64,000 nucleotides of DNA from positions 1,352,439 through 1,416,438 of the forward strand of contig OX639992.1 in the NCBI GenBank assembly GCA_951828515.1, read 5' to 3'. The position numbers and the translations under genes are program-made. Positions 55,740 through 64,000 of the stretch are shown in pieces. The notes beneath the pieces were generated by a model, which ran no database searches, was not told the DNA's origin, and was given only the letters and a program-made list of their open reading frames with translations. The DNA comes from an uncultured Poribacteria bacterium (GTDB taxonomy: Bacteria; Poribacteria; WGA-4E; WGA-3G). Positions within the stretch are counted from its first letter, which is position 1, and each line of letters begins with the position of its first letter.

Positions 55740-58351
55740 TATGATTCCTCTGCACCAATATCTAACCCCAACAACCCATCAACAATTTCCACTGTCTCCA
55801 AACTCACGCTGATGACCTTCCGAATGAGACCTACGATATATTCCTCATCATCTGCACGATTCGGATTGTTCTCAATACCACTCCGCCTATCCGTTTTTAT
55901 ACGATACTGGTCAACAACCCATTCCAACGCTGAGCGGTTCCCTAACCGATACTGGAACGCCTCCGCAGGAATCCCTGCCAATGTGAGGAAATCGTTATAC
56001 CGGATCTGTGTTTTGTCTTTGGAGAACCGCATCTGTTCTACACGCCAATCGAGTGGCATGTCCGGCGTTTCAATCAGGTCTAACTTATACTGGGGTTGGT
56101 CTTCGTAGTGGACATGAATTTCTGCCAACCGTCTTCCTGTCTCGACGAATCCCCAAAATTCGGGTGCAAACGGAATATGCGGTAAGTCCCGCTTGAGATT
56201 CATCTGATACCGTTCGCGATACGCAGGATGATGTAAGAGTGCGTAAGTATAATGGAAAATATCCCACTTGGTGATCTGCTCGTCTCTGTAATGCTCACGG
56301 AATTGCGTCAATGCCCACTCCGTAATGTTTTCGCGTCGGTTTGTGCCATCTTCATTGTAGATGTAGAACGGAAAGCACTGTCCAGCTGAACCAAAGCCTC
56401 CAGTCATAATATGTTCAGGGATGCAATTAGTCATGAGACAGATAAAGGGTTTCTCTCGTGAAATATTGACACAAATTACCCGATTTTCGGTTTCAGTCTG
56501 AGGCGTAGGGAAAATAGATGGGAACACGTATACAACATCATTGAGAATTCTGTCAAAGAAGATACTTCTTTTAGCGAATGGACGATAGAGACAAGTTCTT
56601 ACTTTATGTTCGTCGTATTCAGCAATTCTACCTGTCCGCAGTTTTGCCTTTAAGTCGCGACTCCAACTAATTTTCGCGTCGTTGTACTCTACAAAATCAT
56701 CAATATCTATACCAGACTGATCCGCGATTCCTTGCCACTTAAACACCTGGGCATTATAGGTCTCTATCATTCTCTGGACATTCGTTGTGAGCGTATCTCG
56801 GTCAAAGTTAATCGCCCATGCATCGCGGTTCGTCTTTACCCCACTGCTGAATTGATGGAAAATTACATCGGAAACTTCACCCTTTGCGGCTTTGGCTTGT
56901 TTACTCCCCACCGGCAGAAAGGTCTCGAAATCCTCACGCAGCCCCTCGGTGAGCCATGTGTGTCGCGTATCGGGTTGAATAGAATCCCAGTTGACATTGC
57001 CGATGTGTTCACACGCCTCCAGAAAGTCAAACGTCCCTTCTTTGGGCATCTCCGCGGTCTCACCGTTGTAAAAAATACGCGCAGGCTCTGCCACTTCGCT
57101 GGTGAAGTTTTCAGCCGTGTCTTTATTCTGATTCGTCTTTACAAACAAATTGATACTCACACCCACCTGAATGTCAAAGACGTTGGAATCCCCGGCGTGC
57201 CCTTTACGGACATTGCCACCTAAATCCAGCAGATAGATCGCATCACACGCATCAGCGAGGTGTTTCCGCATGCCATCGAACGCCTGACCGGTGATAAAGT
57301 TATGGTTGGTTACAAATGCGACAATTCCCGCCCCTTCAATCCGGTTCAATGCCCAGAGAATCGCTTTGACGTAGGGATCATAGAGTGATGTTTTGTTCGT
57401 TGCTTTGGAGGCTTGAGCATACGTCTCTTGAATCTGTTTATCCAGTTCGGGATACTTCCGATTCCTATTGGCATCGTTCTCATCCATCTGCCGCGCGTTG
57501 TAGGGTGGATTTCCAATTACCACGAACATGTCCGTCTGCTTTTGCCGCTCTACCCGACGCGTGTTCTCTGGTGCGAACATGGATAGCTGACGCTCTGCTG
57601 TCAAATCGAAGGTGTCCACAAGGCAGAGGTTATCAAAAGGCTGATACTGCTTTGTGGCATTGTCAAAAACAGTGGAGAAGATTTCCTCTGTCAAAAGGTG
57701 TTGGATAAGCATCTCCTCTACAGCAGCTTTAGCGAGGTTGGGGTTAATCGCCTCCTGACAGTGGCGGTGGAAATCGGTAAATGCCTCCTGAAACCGAGCG
57801 TTGGTATCCTCTTCTTTTTTGATCAACGCCGCTGCACGTTTGCCGAGTGCCGGCACTTTGTCCTTGAATTCAACGACAGCACGTTCCCAGTTGGCGATCT
57901 CTGCTGGTTCGTAACTGAAGAAGGCGTGAAGCACTCGGATAAACGCGTCTCGGTCAGCGATCCCTATAGCCATAACCTCTTGCCCATCTTGATAGAGGAT
58001 GGCACGTTCTTGGGTTGTAAAGAGAATGTTATCCTGTGGGTAGCTTGCGTCAAATTTCTGTTTAATTGCCGTGATGAGATTGTCATGGAGATCCTTCGCT
58101 TCCCAGTAACCGCGAAGCAATCCGAAGTCGTTATCGGTGAGCATACCGTCAACATAAATTATGTTATCCTGAGGTGTCCGGATCGATTTTTCACAGATAA
58201 GGGTTAGATTGTTTTGACGGGCGTAGTGTTGGAGAAGTGTTGCAAAGGCGAGTCGGACTTCGGTTTCATTTGTTGCACCGAGATTTTCATATTGTTTGAG
58301 TTCGGCGTAGAAATTTATTACGGGTCTGTGGGTCGGTTTTATGTTTCGCAT
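55739..58351 (-). CDS. Type ISP-like gamma-class N6-adenine DNA methyltransferase plus C-terminal specificity/coupler domain, lacking the Mrr-nuclease and helicase half
   Basis: NPPY motif (FVVIGNPPYNARQ), AdoMet-binding region, and a C-terminus (...YNDFLTLAGIPAEAFQYRLGNRSALEWVVDQYRIKTD...) like the type ISP (LlaGI/LlaBIII) C-terminal domain. 870 aa. Confidence 0.75.
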   Translation of the reverse strand: MRNIKPTHRPVINFYAELKQYENLGATNETEVRLAFATLLQHYARQNNLTLICEKSIRTPQDNIIYVDGMLTDNDFGLLRGYWEAKDLHDNLITAIKQKFDASYPQDNILFTTQERAILYQDGQEVMAIGIADRDAFIRVLHAFFSYEPAEIANWERAVVEFKDKVPALGKRAAALIKKEEDTNARFQEAFTDFHRHCQEAINPNLAKAAVEEMLIQHLLTEEIFSTVFDNATKQYQPFDNLCLVDTFDLTAERQLSMFAPENTRRVERQKQTDMFVVIGNPPYNARQMDENDANRNRKYPELDKQIQETYAQASKATNKTSLYDPYVKAILWALNRIEGAGIVAFVTNHNFITGQAFDGMRKHLADACDAIYLLDLGGNVRKGHAGDSNVFDIQVGVSINLFVKTNQNKDTAENFTSEVAEPARIFYNGETAEMPKEGTFDFLEACEHIGNVNWDSIQPDTRHTWLTEGLREDFETFLPVGSKQAKAAKGEVSDVIFHQFSSGVKTNRDAWAINFDRDTLTTNVQRMIETYNAQVFKWQGIADQSGIDIDDFVEYNDAKISWSRDLKAKLRTGRIAEYDEHKVRTCLYRPFAKRSIFFDRILNDVVYVFPSIFPTPQTETENRVICVNISREKPFICLMTNCIPEHIMTGGFGSAGQCFPFYIYNEDGTNRRENITEWALTQFREHYRDEQITKWDIFHYTYALLHHPAYRERYQMNLKRDLPHIPFAPEFWGFVETGRRLAEIHVHYEDQPQYKLDLIETPDMPLDWRVEQMRFSKDKTQIRYNDFLTLAGIPAEAFQYRLGNRSALEWVVDQYRIKTDRRSGIENNPNRADDEEYIVGLIRKVISVSLETVEIVDGLLGLDIGAEES

Positions 58352-58394
58352 CCTTATGCTATCTCCTTAATCCGTCAATTCATGTGAAGTATTA

Positions 58395-58525
58395 TATTAG
58401 TAGAGCCCGTAATTACTTATACACCCGTAGGAGAAGAGTCGGGAATCGGAGTTCCCTCCTACAGGGTTCATGAAGCAGGCCGCGGGTTTTCCAAAATGTA
58501 AACTTATTTTCGGATTTTACTAATA
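58395..58525. repeat. Degenerate MITE-like element, copy D
   Basis: TATTAGTAGAGCCCGTAATTACTTATACAC...CCCGTAGGAG..CTCCTACAGGG...TTATTTTCGGATTTTACTAATA parallels the ends and internal hairpin of copies A-C. Confidence 0.45.
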
Positions 58526-58949
58526 CAGACTCACAATAGGTTGCAAGTGAAAATAAACCATAGGTGTCAATTTAGCGATTTTTCCGTTAATTTTTCACGG
58601 TGGATCCCTACAGATGCCGCCCCTACGGGGCTTAGTTCTGTGAGGTGGCGTTTTTCTACAGAGATACCATCCCTACGGGATTCAAGAGGTTTTTGGAGTC
58701 TTGAAGGTTTTGTGTAAAATCCGGTTCGGTTAGGAAACCGAACCTACCGGTCTTGGTCTGCGACAGTTGTTTTTTCTAAAATTGACACGTATGGTTGCGA
58801 GTGAAAATAAACATATCAGGACTTACGCAATTTTGACGATATGACGCTCTGTTAGAGGGAGAACCCTAAAAAACATAGATGTTCTCATGGCACAACCTAA
58901 CAGGTTATGCTACAAAAGAGCAGCACGCGTAAGTCTTACATATAACCGT

Positions 58950-58978
58950 TTGACAGAAAATCGTTTTTAGAGTATAAT
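58950..58978 (+). promoter_or_regulatory. Consensus sigma70-type promoter (TTGACA-17 nt-TATAAT) upstream of the GT2 gene
   Basis: TTGACAgaaaatcgtttttagagTATAAT, 13 nt before the ATG at 58991 (possibly a short leader). Confidence 0.5.
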
Positions 58979-58990
58979 AGTGTTAGAAAT

Positions 58991-59653
58991 ATGAAAACAT
59001 GTCTGCTGTTACCGGCTTACAATGAATCTAAAACAATTGGACAGATAATTCAGGAGACCTCTGAGTTTATCACTGCGATTATTGTCATTGACGACGGTTC
59101 ATCAGATGAAACAGCAGAGATCGCGGCGGCATGCAAGGCAGTCTGCTTGACGAACGCCACGAATTGTGGAAAAGGGCACGCCTTACGCAAAGGGTTTGCT
59201 TACGCCCTCGAGCACGGATATGAACTGGTTTTCACGATGGATAGCGATGGGCAACATCAGCCTGCGGATATACCCCGTTTTTTGGAACACTTTGACAATA
59301 CACGTCCCGATATACTTATTGGCGCAAGAGCAACACAGGATTTTCGGACATCGATGCCGCTGCATAGACGGATTAATAACTGCCTAATTTCTTATGTCGG
59401 TTCAAAGTTATGTGGGCAACAGGTACCCGATTTTCAATCAGGATATCGGCTTATTCGTGATGAGGTTCTGAGACAGGTTCACTTGGAAACAGAGCGTTAT
59501 GAAACGGAATCTGAACTGCTGATAAAAGCAGGACGCCTCGGGTTCCAGATTGAAAGTTTGCCGATTCAGACCCGGTACAGCGATGAGATCAGCCATATTA
59601 AACCGCTTCGAGAGATATGGCTCTTTACAAAACTATTGCTTCGCAGCTTATGA
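58991..59653 (+). CDS. Family-2 glycosyltransferase (polyprenol-phosphate glycosyltransferase-like)
   Basis: ...LPAYNES..., DDGSSDET and MDSDGQH (DxD region) are typical of GT2/DPM1-like enzymes. Confidence 0.8.
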   Translation: MKTCLLLPAYNESKTIGQIIQETSEFITAIIVIDDGSSDETAEIAAACKAVCLTNATNCGKGHALRKGFAYALEHGYELVFTMDSDGQHQPADIPRFLEHFDNTRPDILIGARATQDFRTSMPLHRRINNCLISYVGSKLCGQQVPDFQSGYRLIRDEVLRQVHLETERYETESELLIKAGRLGFQIESLPIQTRYSDEISHIKPLREIWLFTKLLLRSL

Positions 59654-59792
59654 GGAATAGTTGTCGGTTATCAGTGTAAGAAGTTTGCAAGTGTACGAAA
59701 GTTAGGAAGTCCGTAAAGTTTCTGATAACTTCCCAACTTTACCCGACTTTCGCAGACTTTCTTTTCTTTAACTGAAAACTGAAAACCCTATA

Positions 59793-60824
59793 ATGGATTC
59801 ACTCCGACTCTTTATTAACGGTTTTCTGATAGGCATCGCCAACATCATCCCCGGCATGAGTGGTGGGACTCTCGCCCTCGTTTTAGGCATCTATGAACGG
59901 CTTATCGGTGCATTACGGCGCATCGGACTTTCAACGGTAAAAAAACTATTAGGCGGCGCGACCTTAAGAAAAAACGACCTGACAGAAGCTAAGGCAGAAC
60001 TCCGTCGTATTGATTTTGGCTTTCTGGTACTCTTAGGAAGCGGTGCGATAGCCGCTGTACTGCTCACGTCAAAACTGATTGTCTATCTGCTGAATTATCA
60101 TCATGATGCGACTTACGGCTTCTTCAGCGGGTTAATTCTGATCTCTATCCTGATACCGATGCGTATGCTAAAGGCGTTCGGTTGGAAAGAGCTGTTAGCA
60201 CTATTGATTGCTATCGCATTAATATTAAGTTTATCTGTCGGTACGACCGAAAAACAGTTAGATCGGGTGGCGTATAAGTCTGGAGTGGAGACAACGATGG
60301 ATAGCGAGGTCTCCGAACGCGGAACTGGGCTGCCAACGTATTGGGAACTCGCGATCTTTCTCGGGAGCGGTGCGCTGGCGATTTCGGCAATGATTTTGCC
60401 CGGTATCAGTGGTTCGTTTTTGATGCTCGCTCTCGGTGTCTACTTCCCTCTCTTGACGGCAATAAATACAATATTAGAGAGTATCCCAGCAGTGCTCAAA
60501 GGTATTTTCGAGCCGTCGATGTCGGGAAGCTTACTCATCATTAGTTTCACAGCAATTGGATGTCTGTTTGGACTCTTAGCATTTACACGGTTGCTCAACT
60601 ACCTGTTGGAACGCTATCGTAACCTGACGATCACTTTTCTCATTGGACTGATGGTGGGTTCACTCTACGGGTTATGGCCTTTTCGCGAATTCGCAATGAT
60701 AGATGGGGAACGGATAGATACGGCTCACATCTTACCACAACTTGACATGAACCTGCTTATCACTATGGCGGCTTTTCTTGTCGGTTGTGGCGTCATATAT
60801 CTATTCACGCGTTTAGAGAATTAG
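59793..60824 (+). CDS. DUF368 membrane protein (two tandem DUF368 halves)
   Basis: IIPGMSGGTLALVLG and ILPGISGSFLMLALG are the G.SRSG-type DUF368 motif, present twice; polytopic. Confidence 0.75.
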   Translation: MDSLRLFINGFLIGIANIIPGMSGGTLALVLGIYERLIGALRRIGLSTVKKLLGGATLRKNDLTEAKAELRRIDFGFLVLLGSGAIAAVLLTSKLIVYLLNYHHDATYGFFSGLILISILIPMRMLKAFGWKELLALLIAIALILSLSVGTTEKQLDRVAYKSGVETTMDSEVSERGTGLPTYWELAIFLGSGALAISAMILPGISGSFLMLALGVYFPLLTAINTILESIPAVLKGIFEPSMSGSLLIISFTAIGCLFGLLAFTRLLNYLLERYRNLTITFLIGLMVGSLYGLWPFREFAMIDGERIDTAHILPQLDMNLLITMAAFLVGCGVIYLFTRLEN

Positions 60825-60943
60825 ATGGAATGGCTGTCGGTCTTCGGTTATCGGTTTTCGGTAGGGCGCGTGGCGGTTACAAAGTTTTGCCTGCCATAAA
60901 CCGCTTTTAACCGACAACTGACAATCGATAACTGATAACCATT

Positions 60944-61077
60944 ATAGTAAAACCCATAATTAAGTTTACACTCTGTAATGCGGCGAGGTTAGGGGGAAAC
61001 GCCCTATCAAAAACACCTCGCCAGCAATGTGGGTTTTGTGTTTTCAAGAGCGTGCAAGTATTTTCGGGCTTACTATA
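60944..61077. repeat. MITE-like palindromic element, copy C (same as A plus a 17-bp loop insertion)
   Basis: Identical to copy A apart from GGGGAAACGCCCTATCAAAAACAC in the loop. Flanked by (CTGACAA/CTGATAA)n heptamers. Confidence 0.8.
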
Positions 61078-61114
61078 AAGTACTAAGCCTTGGACAATTT
61101 TCAATAAGCTGAGA

Positions 61115-61201
61115 CACATAGCACTCCGCTGGAGTGCGGGAATTTGGGGACACCGGTTTCTATAGACATAGCACTCCGCTGGAGTGCGGGAGTTTTCTAT
61201 G
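61115..61201. repeat. Tandem REP-like hairpin repeats (ACATAGCACTCCGCTGGAGTGCGGGA x2); third copy at about 41068-41098
   Basis: Perfect 7-bp stem GCACTCC/GGAGTGC around a GCT loop. The 35-mer TTTCTATAGACATAGCACTCCGCTGG(A/C)GTGCGG recurs upstream of comF. Confidence 0.7.
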
Positions 61202-61296
61202 AATTCGATCCGTGTGTAAGACTCAGAGAAAAAGAAATAGACCTTTGAAACTCAACTTACACGTGACACGAATTGTCCAAACTTTAGTATAAAGTA

Positions 61297-62196
61297 ATGA
61301 AGAAAATAAAAAACGTTGGTTTATTTGTCAATACTACCAAAGCAAACGCGGCGGGTGTCGTCGAAGGCGTGTCTGCGTGGCTTCAAGAGCGAGGTATTAT
61401 CCCTCTTCTACCAGAGGAACAAGCGATTGAGTTGGAATTCCCACAAACCGGTATTTCCAAAACAGAGGTAGTAGAGCAAGCAGATGTACTTCTCGTCCTT
61501 GGTGGAGATGGAACGCTCCTGAGTGCAGCGCATACGCCCAAGATTGAAAATGTGCCTATCTTAGCGATCAACATCGGCACGCTCGGATTTTTGACGGACG
61601 CGTCCCTTGATGAACTCTACCCGACACTGAATGCTCTTTTGACGGGTGCTTATCGGATAGAACATCGGATGATGTTAGAGGTTATTGTGAACAGCCAAGC
61701 CCAAGCGAGCCAAGGTCCACAACCGTTTCGGGCTTTTGCACTCAACGATGTTGTGATACGGCACTATACACGTCTTATCGAATTAGATGCTTACGTTGAT
61801 GGGGAACTGTTTATACCGTATAATGCGGATGGACTGATCATCGCAACGCCGAGCGGGTCGACTGGATATTCGCTCTCTTGTGCAGGGACTATCATATCAC
61901 CGCAATTGGAAGCGATTCTGCTGACCCCCATCGCACCGCATAGCTTAACAGTGCGTCCTTTTATCGCCGATGGCGATGCGGAAATAACTGTCAAAATGCG
62001 TGCGGCATATCAGAGTGTAGACGTTTTTGTAGATGGGCAACGTGAAACACACAGCCTCACTGCGGGGGCAGTCATAAGGGTGAAAAAAGCAGATCGAACA
62101 ATTCAACTCATCCGTTCGCAGCACCATAGTTACTATAGAGCCTTGCGTGAAAAACTAATGTATGGCTATCAGCCGTCGGCTATCAGCCGTCGGTAA
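61297..62196 (+). CDS. nadK: NAD+ kinase
   Basis: GGDGT motif, the NIGTLGFL motif and the DGLIIATPSGSTGYSLSAGG motif. Confidence 0.9.
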   Translation: MKKIKNVGLFVNTTKANAAGVVEGVSAWLQERGIIPLLPEEQAIELEFPQTGISKTEVVEQADVLLVLGGDGTLLSAAHTPKIENVPILAINIGTLGFLTDASLDELYPTLNALLTGAYRIEHRMMLEVIVNSQAQASQGPQPFRAFALNDVVIRHYTRLIELDAYVDGELFIPYNADGLIIATPSGSTGYSLSCAGTIISPQLEAILLTPIAPHSLTVRPFIADGDAEITVKMRAAYQSVDVFVDGQRETHSLTAGAVIRVKKADRTIQLIRSQHHSYYRALREKLMYGYQPSAISRR

Positions 62197-62264
62197 AGAA
62201 AGAGGTTTTCGACGAACCCACATCCTCTTACTGATTGCCATTCTACTAATTGCTGACTGCTATT

Positions 62265-64000
62265 ATGATAGACACACTCTCTATTCGCAACATTGCCCTT
62301 ATAGATGAACTGGACCTGGACTTGGCACCGGGGTTAAATATCTTCACTGGTGAAACAGGTGCTGGCAAGTCGGTTATCCTCAAGTCGATCGGATTGGTAC
62401 TGGGTGAGAGGACCTCTGCTGATATTGTCCGTGAAGGTACCGATTTTGCGGAGGTGGAGGTGAGCCTTGCCCCCGACGATGCGCATCCGATCTGGCACAC
62501 AGACTCCGACGAAACTGCTGATCCGATGTTGAAAGGTGCCCTGAGTGATGTATTGGATCCATCGGACACAGTGATTCTCTCCAGAAGAATCACATCGAAC
62601 GGTAGAAGTCGCAGCCAAGTTAATGGACGTTTGGTGAATTTGAAGCAGTTGCAAGCACTCGGAACATTCCTTGTAGATATCCACGGTCAACACGAGCATC
62701 AATCGTTATTTAGAACACAAACGCATCTTAAACTCTTAGACGATTTCGGCGGCAACAGTGAAGCGCAACAACATGTCAGCAAGATATACACGCAGTTACG
62801 AACCTTACAGCAAGAAGCGGCATCCCTCACGGAAACCTTGAAAGCATCAGAACGGGAAAAGGAACTCCTTGAATTTGAAATTAAAGAACTGACTTCGGTA
62901 CATCTGGAGGAAGGCGAGGACGAAAAATTGGCGGATGAGGCGCGTATCCTTAAGAACGCAGAGGCATTGCGTCAGTCCGCGGATCATGTGTACCAACAAC
63001 TGGATAGCGGCGGTTCTGATAGGGGAAGTTTCGGTAGTCCCCTTGAACGCTTGAGAGATGCTGCGAAGGAACTCATAAAACTGTCCGAAATCGATGAGAG
63101 TTTCTCAGAATTGGGAGATCGACTGGAATCATCGCTCTATGAATTGGAGGACATCGCTTCACAGGTTCGTCACTATGCGGAAACGGTGGAATCGAACTCG
63201 TTGCGGCTGGACGAAGTGACCGATCGATTAGCGTTGATAGCGAAACTCAAACGGCGTTACGGCAACTCTATTCCAGAGATATTGGCGTATCACGCCGATG
63301 CAGAGCAAAAATTAGAGACGTTACAACTCGGTACAGAGAAACAGGATTTGCTGCAGACGGAGATCGATAAAACGATTCAAGAAGCACAGCGTCTATGCAC
63401 TACGCTCTCCGCGAAACGGCAACATGTTGCGAAGCATCTTTCAGAACGGATTGAGAAGGAGCTTCGTACACTCGGTATGGACAAAGCGGAATTTCATGCA
63501 TCTGTTCGGCATATACCGGATGACCGTGGACCGTTTCAGATAGACGGGAAACGTTATGCCTTCCGCTCTGACGGGATGGACGATGTAGAATTCTTAATTG
63601 CGCCAAATGTAGGATCCGAAGCGCGTCCGATCGCCAGAATTGCCTCAGGTGGTGAGATCTCACGTATCATGCTGGCGTTAAAGACAGTGCTTATTCAAGT
63701 TGATGAGATTCCTACACTGCTCTTTGACGAAATCGACAGCGGTATTGGCGGCAAGGTTGCAGACGTAGTTGGCAAAAAGTTGAAGGAACTCTCAGCCTTC
63801 TCACAGGTTATTTGCATTACACACTTGCCACAGATCGCCCGTTTTGCAGATAGACATTTTCGGGTTGACAAGAAGGTAGTTGGCGAGCGTACACTGATTA
63901 CGGCAAAACCGTTGACTGCAGAAGAACAGGTTAATGAAATCGCCCGAATGCACGGCGGTGAAGAAACGGAAATCGGACTTGCACATGCGCGAGAACTGCT
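62265..64000 (+). CDS. recN: DNA repair protein RecN (runs off the window end)
   Basis: MIDTLSIRNIALIDELDLDLAPGLNIFTGETGAGKSVILKSIGLVLGER (Walker A), coiled coil, ...ASGGEISRIMLALKTVL... (signature) and LLFDEIDSGIGG (Walker B). The nadK-recN synteny is widely conserved. Confidence 0.9.
   Translation, partial: MIDTLSIRNIALIDELDLDLAPGLNIFTGETGAGKSVILKSIGLVLGERTSADIVREGTDFAEVEVSLAPDDAHPIWHTDSDETADPMLKGALSDVLDPSDTVILSRRITSNGRSRSQVNGRLVNLKQLQALGTFLVDIHGQHEHQSLFRTQTHLKLLDDFGGNSEAQQHVSKIYTQLRTLQQEAASLTETLKASEREKELLEFEIKELTSVHLEEGEDEKLADEARILKNAEALRQSADHVYQQLDSGGSDRGSFGSPLERLRDAAKELIKLSEIDESFSELGDRLESSLYELEDIASQVRHYAETVESNSLRLDEVTDRLALIAKLKRRYGNSIPEILAYHADAEQKLETLQLGTEKQDLLQTEIDKTIQEAQRLCTTLSAKRQHVAKHLSERIEKELRTLGMDKAEFHASVRHIPDDRGPFQIDGKRYAFRSDGMDDVEFLIAPNVGSEARPIARIASGGEISRIMLALKTVLIQVDEIPTLLFDEIDSGIGGKVADVVGKKLKELSAFSQVICITHLPQIARFADRHFRVDKKVVGERTLITAKPLTAEEQVNEIARMHGGEETEIGLAHAREL

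Noticed and set aside
58600-58700. Possible CRISPR-like array from repeated CCCTACGGG(G/A) motifs
   Set aside because: Only 3-4 short (9-10 bp) imperfect copies with irregular 25-45 bp spacing and no cas genes nearby. Better explained as fragments of the MITE internal hairpin.
1-64000. tRNA, rRNA or tmRNA genes
   Set aside because: Scanned intergenic regions for T-loop (GGTTCGANTCC) and cloverleaf-like symmetry and for rRNA-like conserved blocks; none seen. A tRNAscan-SE or Infernal run would be definitive.

Overview
This 64-kb window looks like a chromosomal stretch from a roughly 50%-GC bacterium rich in WD40 and TPR proteins, possibly with T9SS-type cargo. All calls below are from reading the translations and sequence by eye; no searches were run and coordinates are good to about +/-1-3 nt. 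Conserved housekeeping blocks: rho (3' part of the gene, truncated at the window start), a Bacillus-type sdhCAB operon, ComF, SMC, RecG, NAD kinase and RecN (5' part of the gene). These are interrupted by several low-GC islets and mobile elements: a TnpB-only IS200/IS605 element, a complete IS3 element plus a nested truncated copy, an IS982 element plus a solo end, and a roughly 120-bp MITE-like family (three clear copies and one degenerate copy). Four toxin-antitoxin-like loci are present: BrnT followed by a DUF932 protein, a HigB/HigA-like pair, a RelE/ParE toxin translationally coupled to a 246-aa partner immediately downstream of recG, and an orphan Phd-like antitoxin. The most interesting locus is a tightly coupled two-gene operon in a low-GC island (36.2-40.1 kb). 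It encodes an 877-aa protein with an N-terminal PHP phosphoesterase domain fused to an SMC/Rad50/OLD-like ABC ATPase, followed by an AlbA_2 (Schlafen-like)/HATPase_c_4 protein. I propose this pair as a candidate undescribed anti-phage or DNA-surveillance system. A second island (53-58.4 kb) carries a type ISP-like N6-adenine methyltransferase plus specificity module that lacks the Mrr nuclease and helicase half, a DUF2971 protein, a thermonuclease and an orphan antitoxin. No rRNA, tRNA or CRISPR array was recognised.
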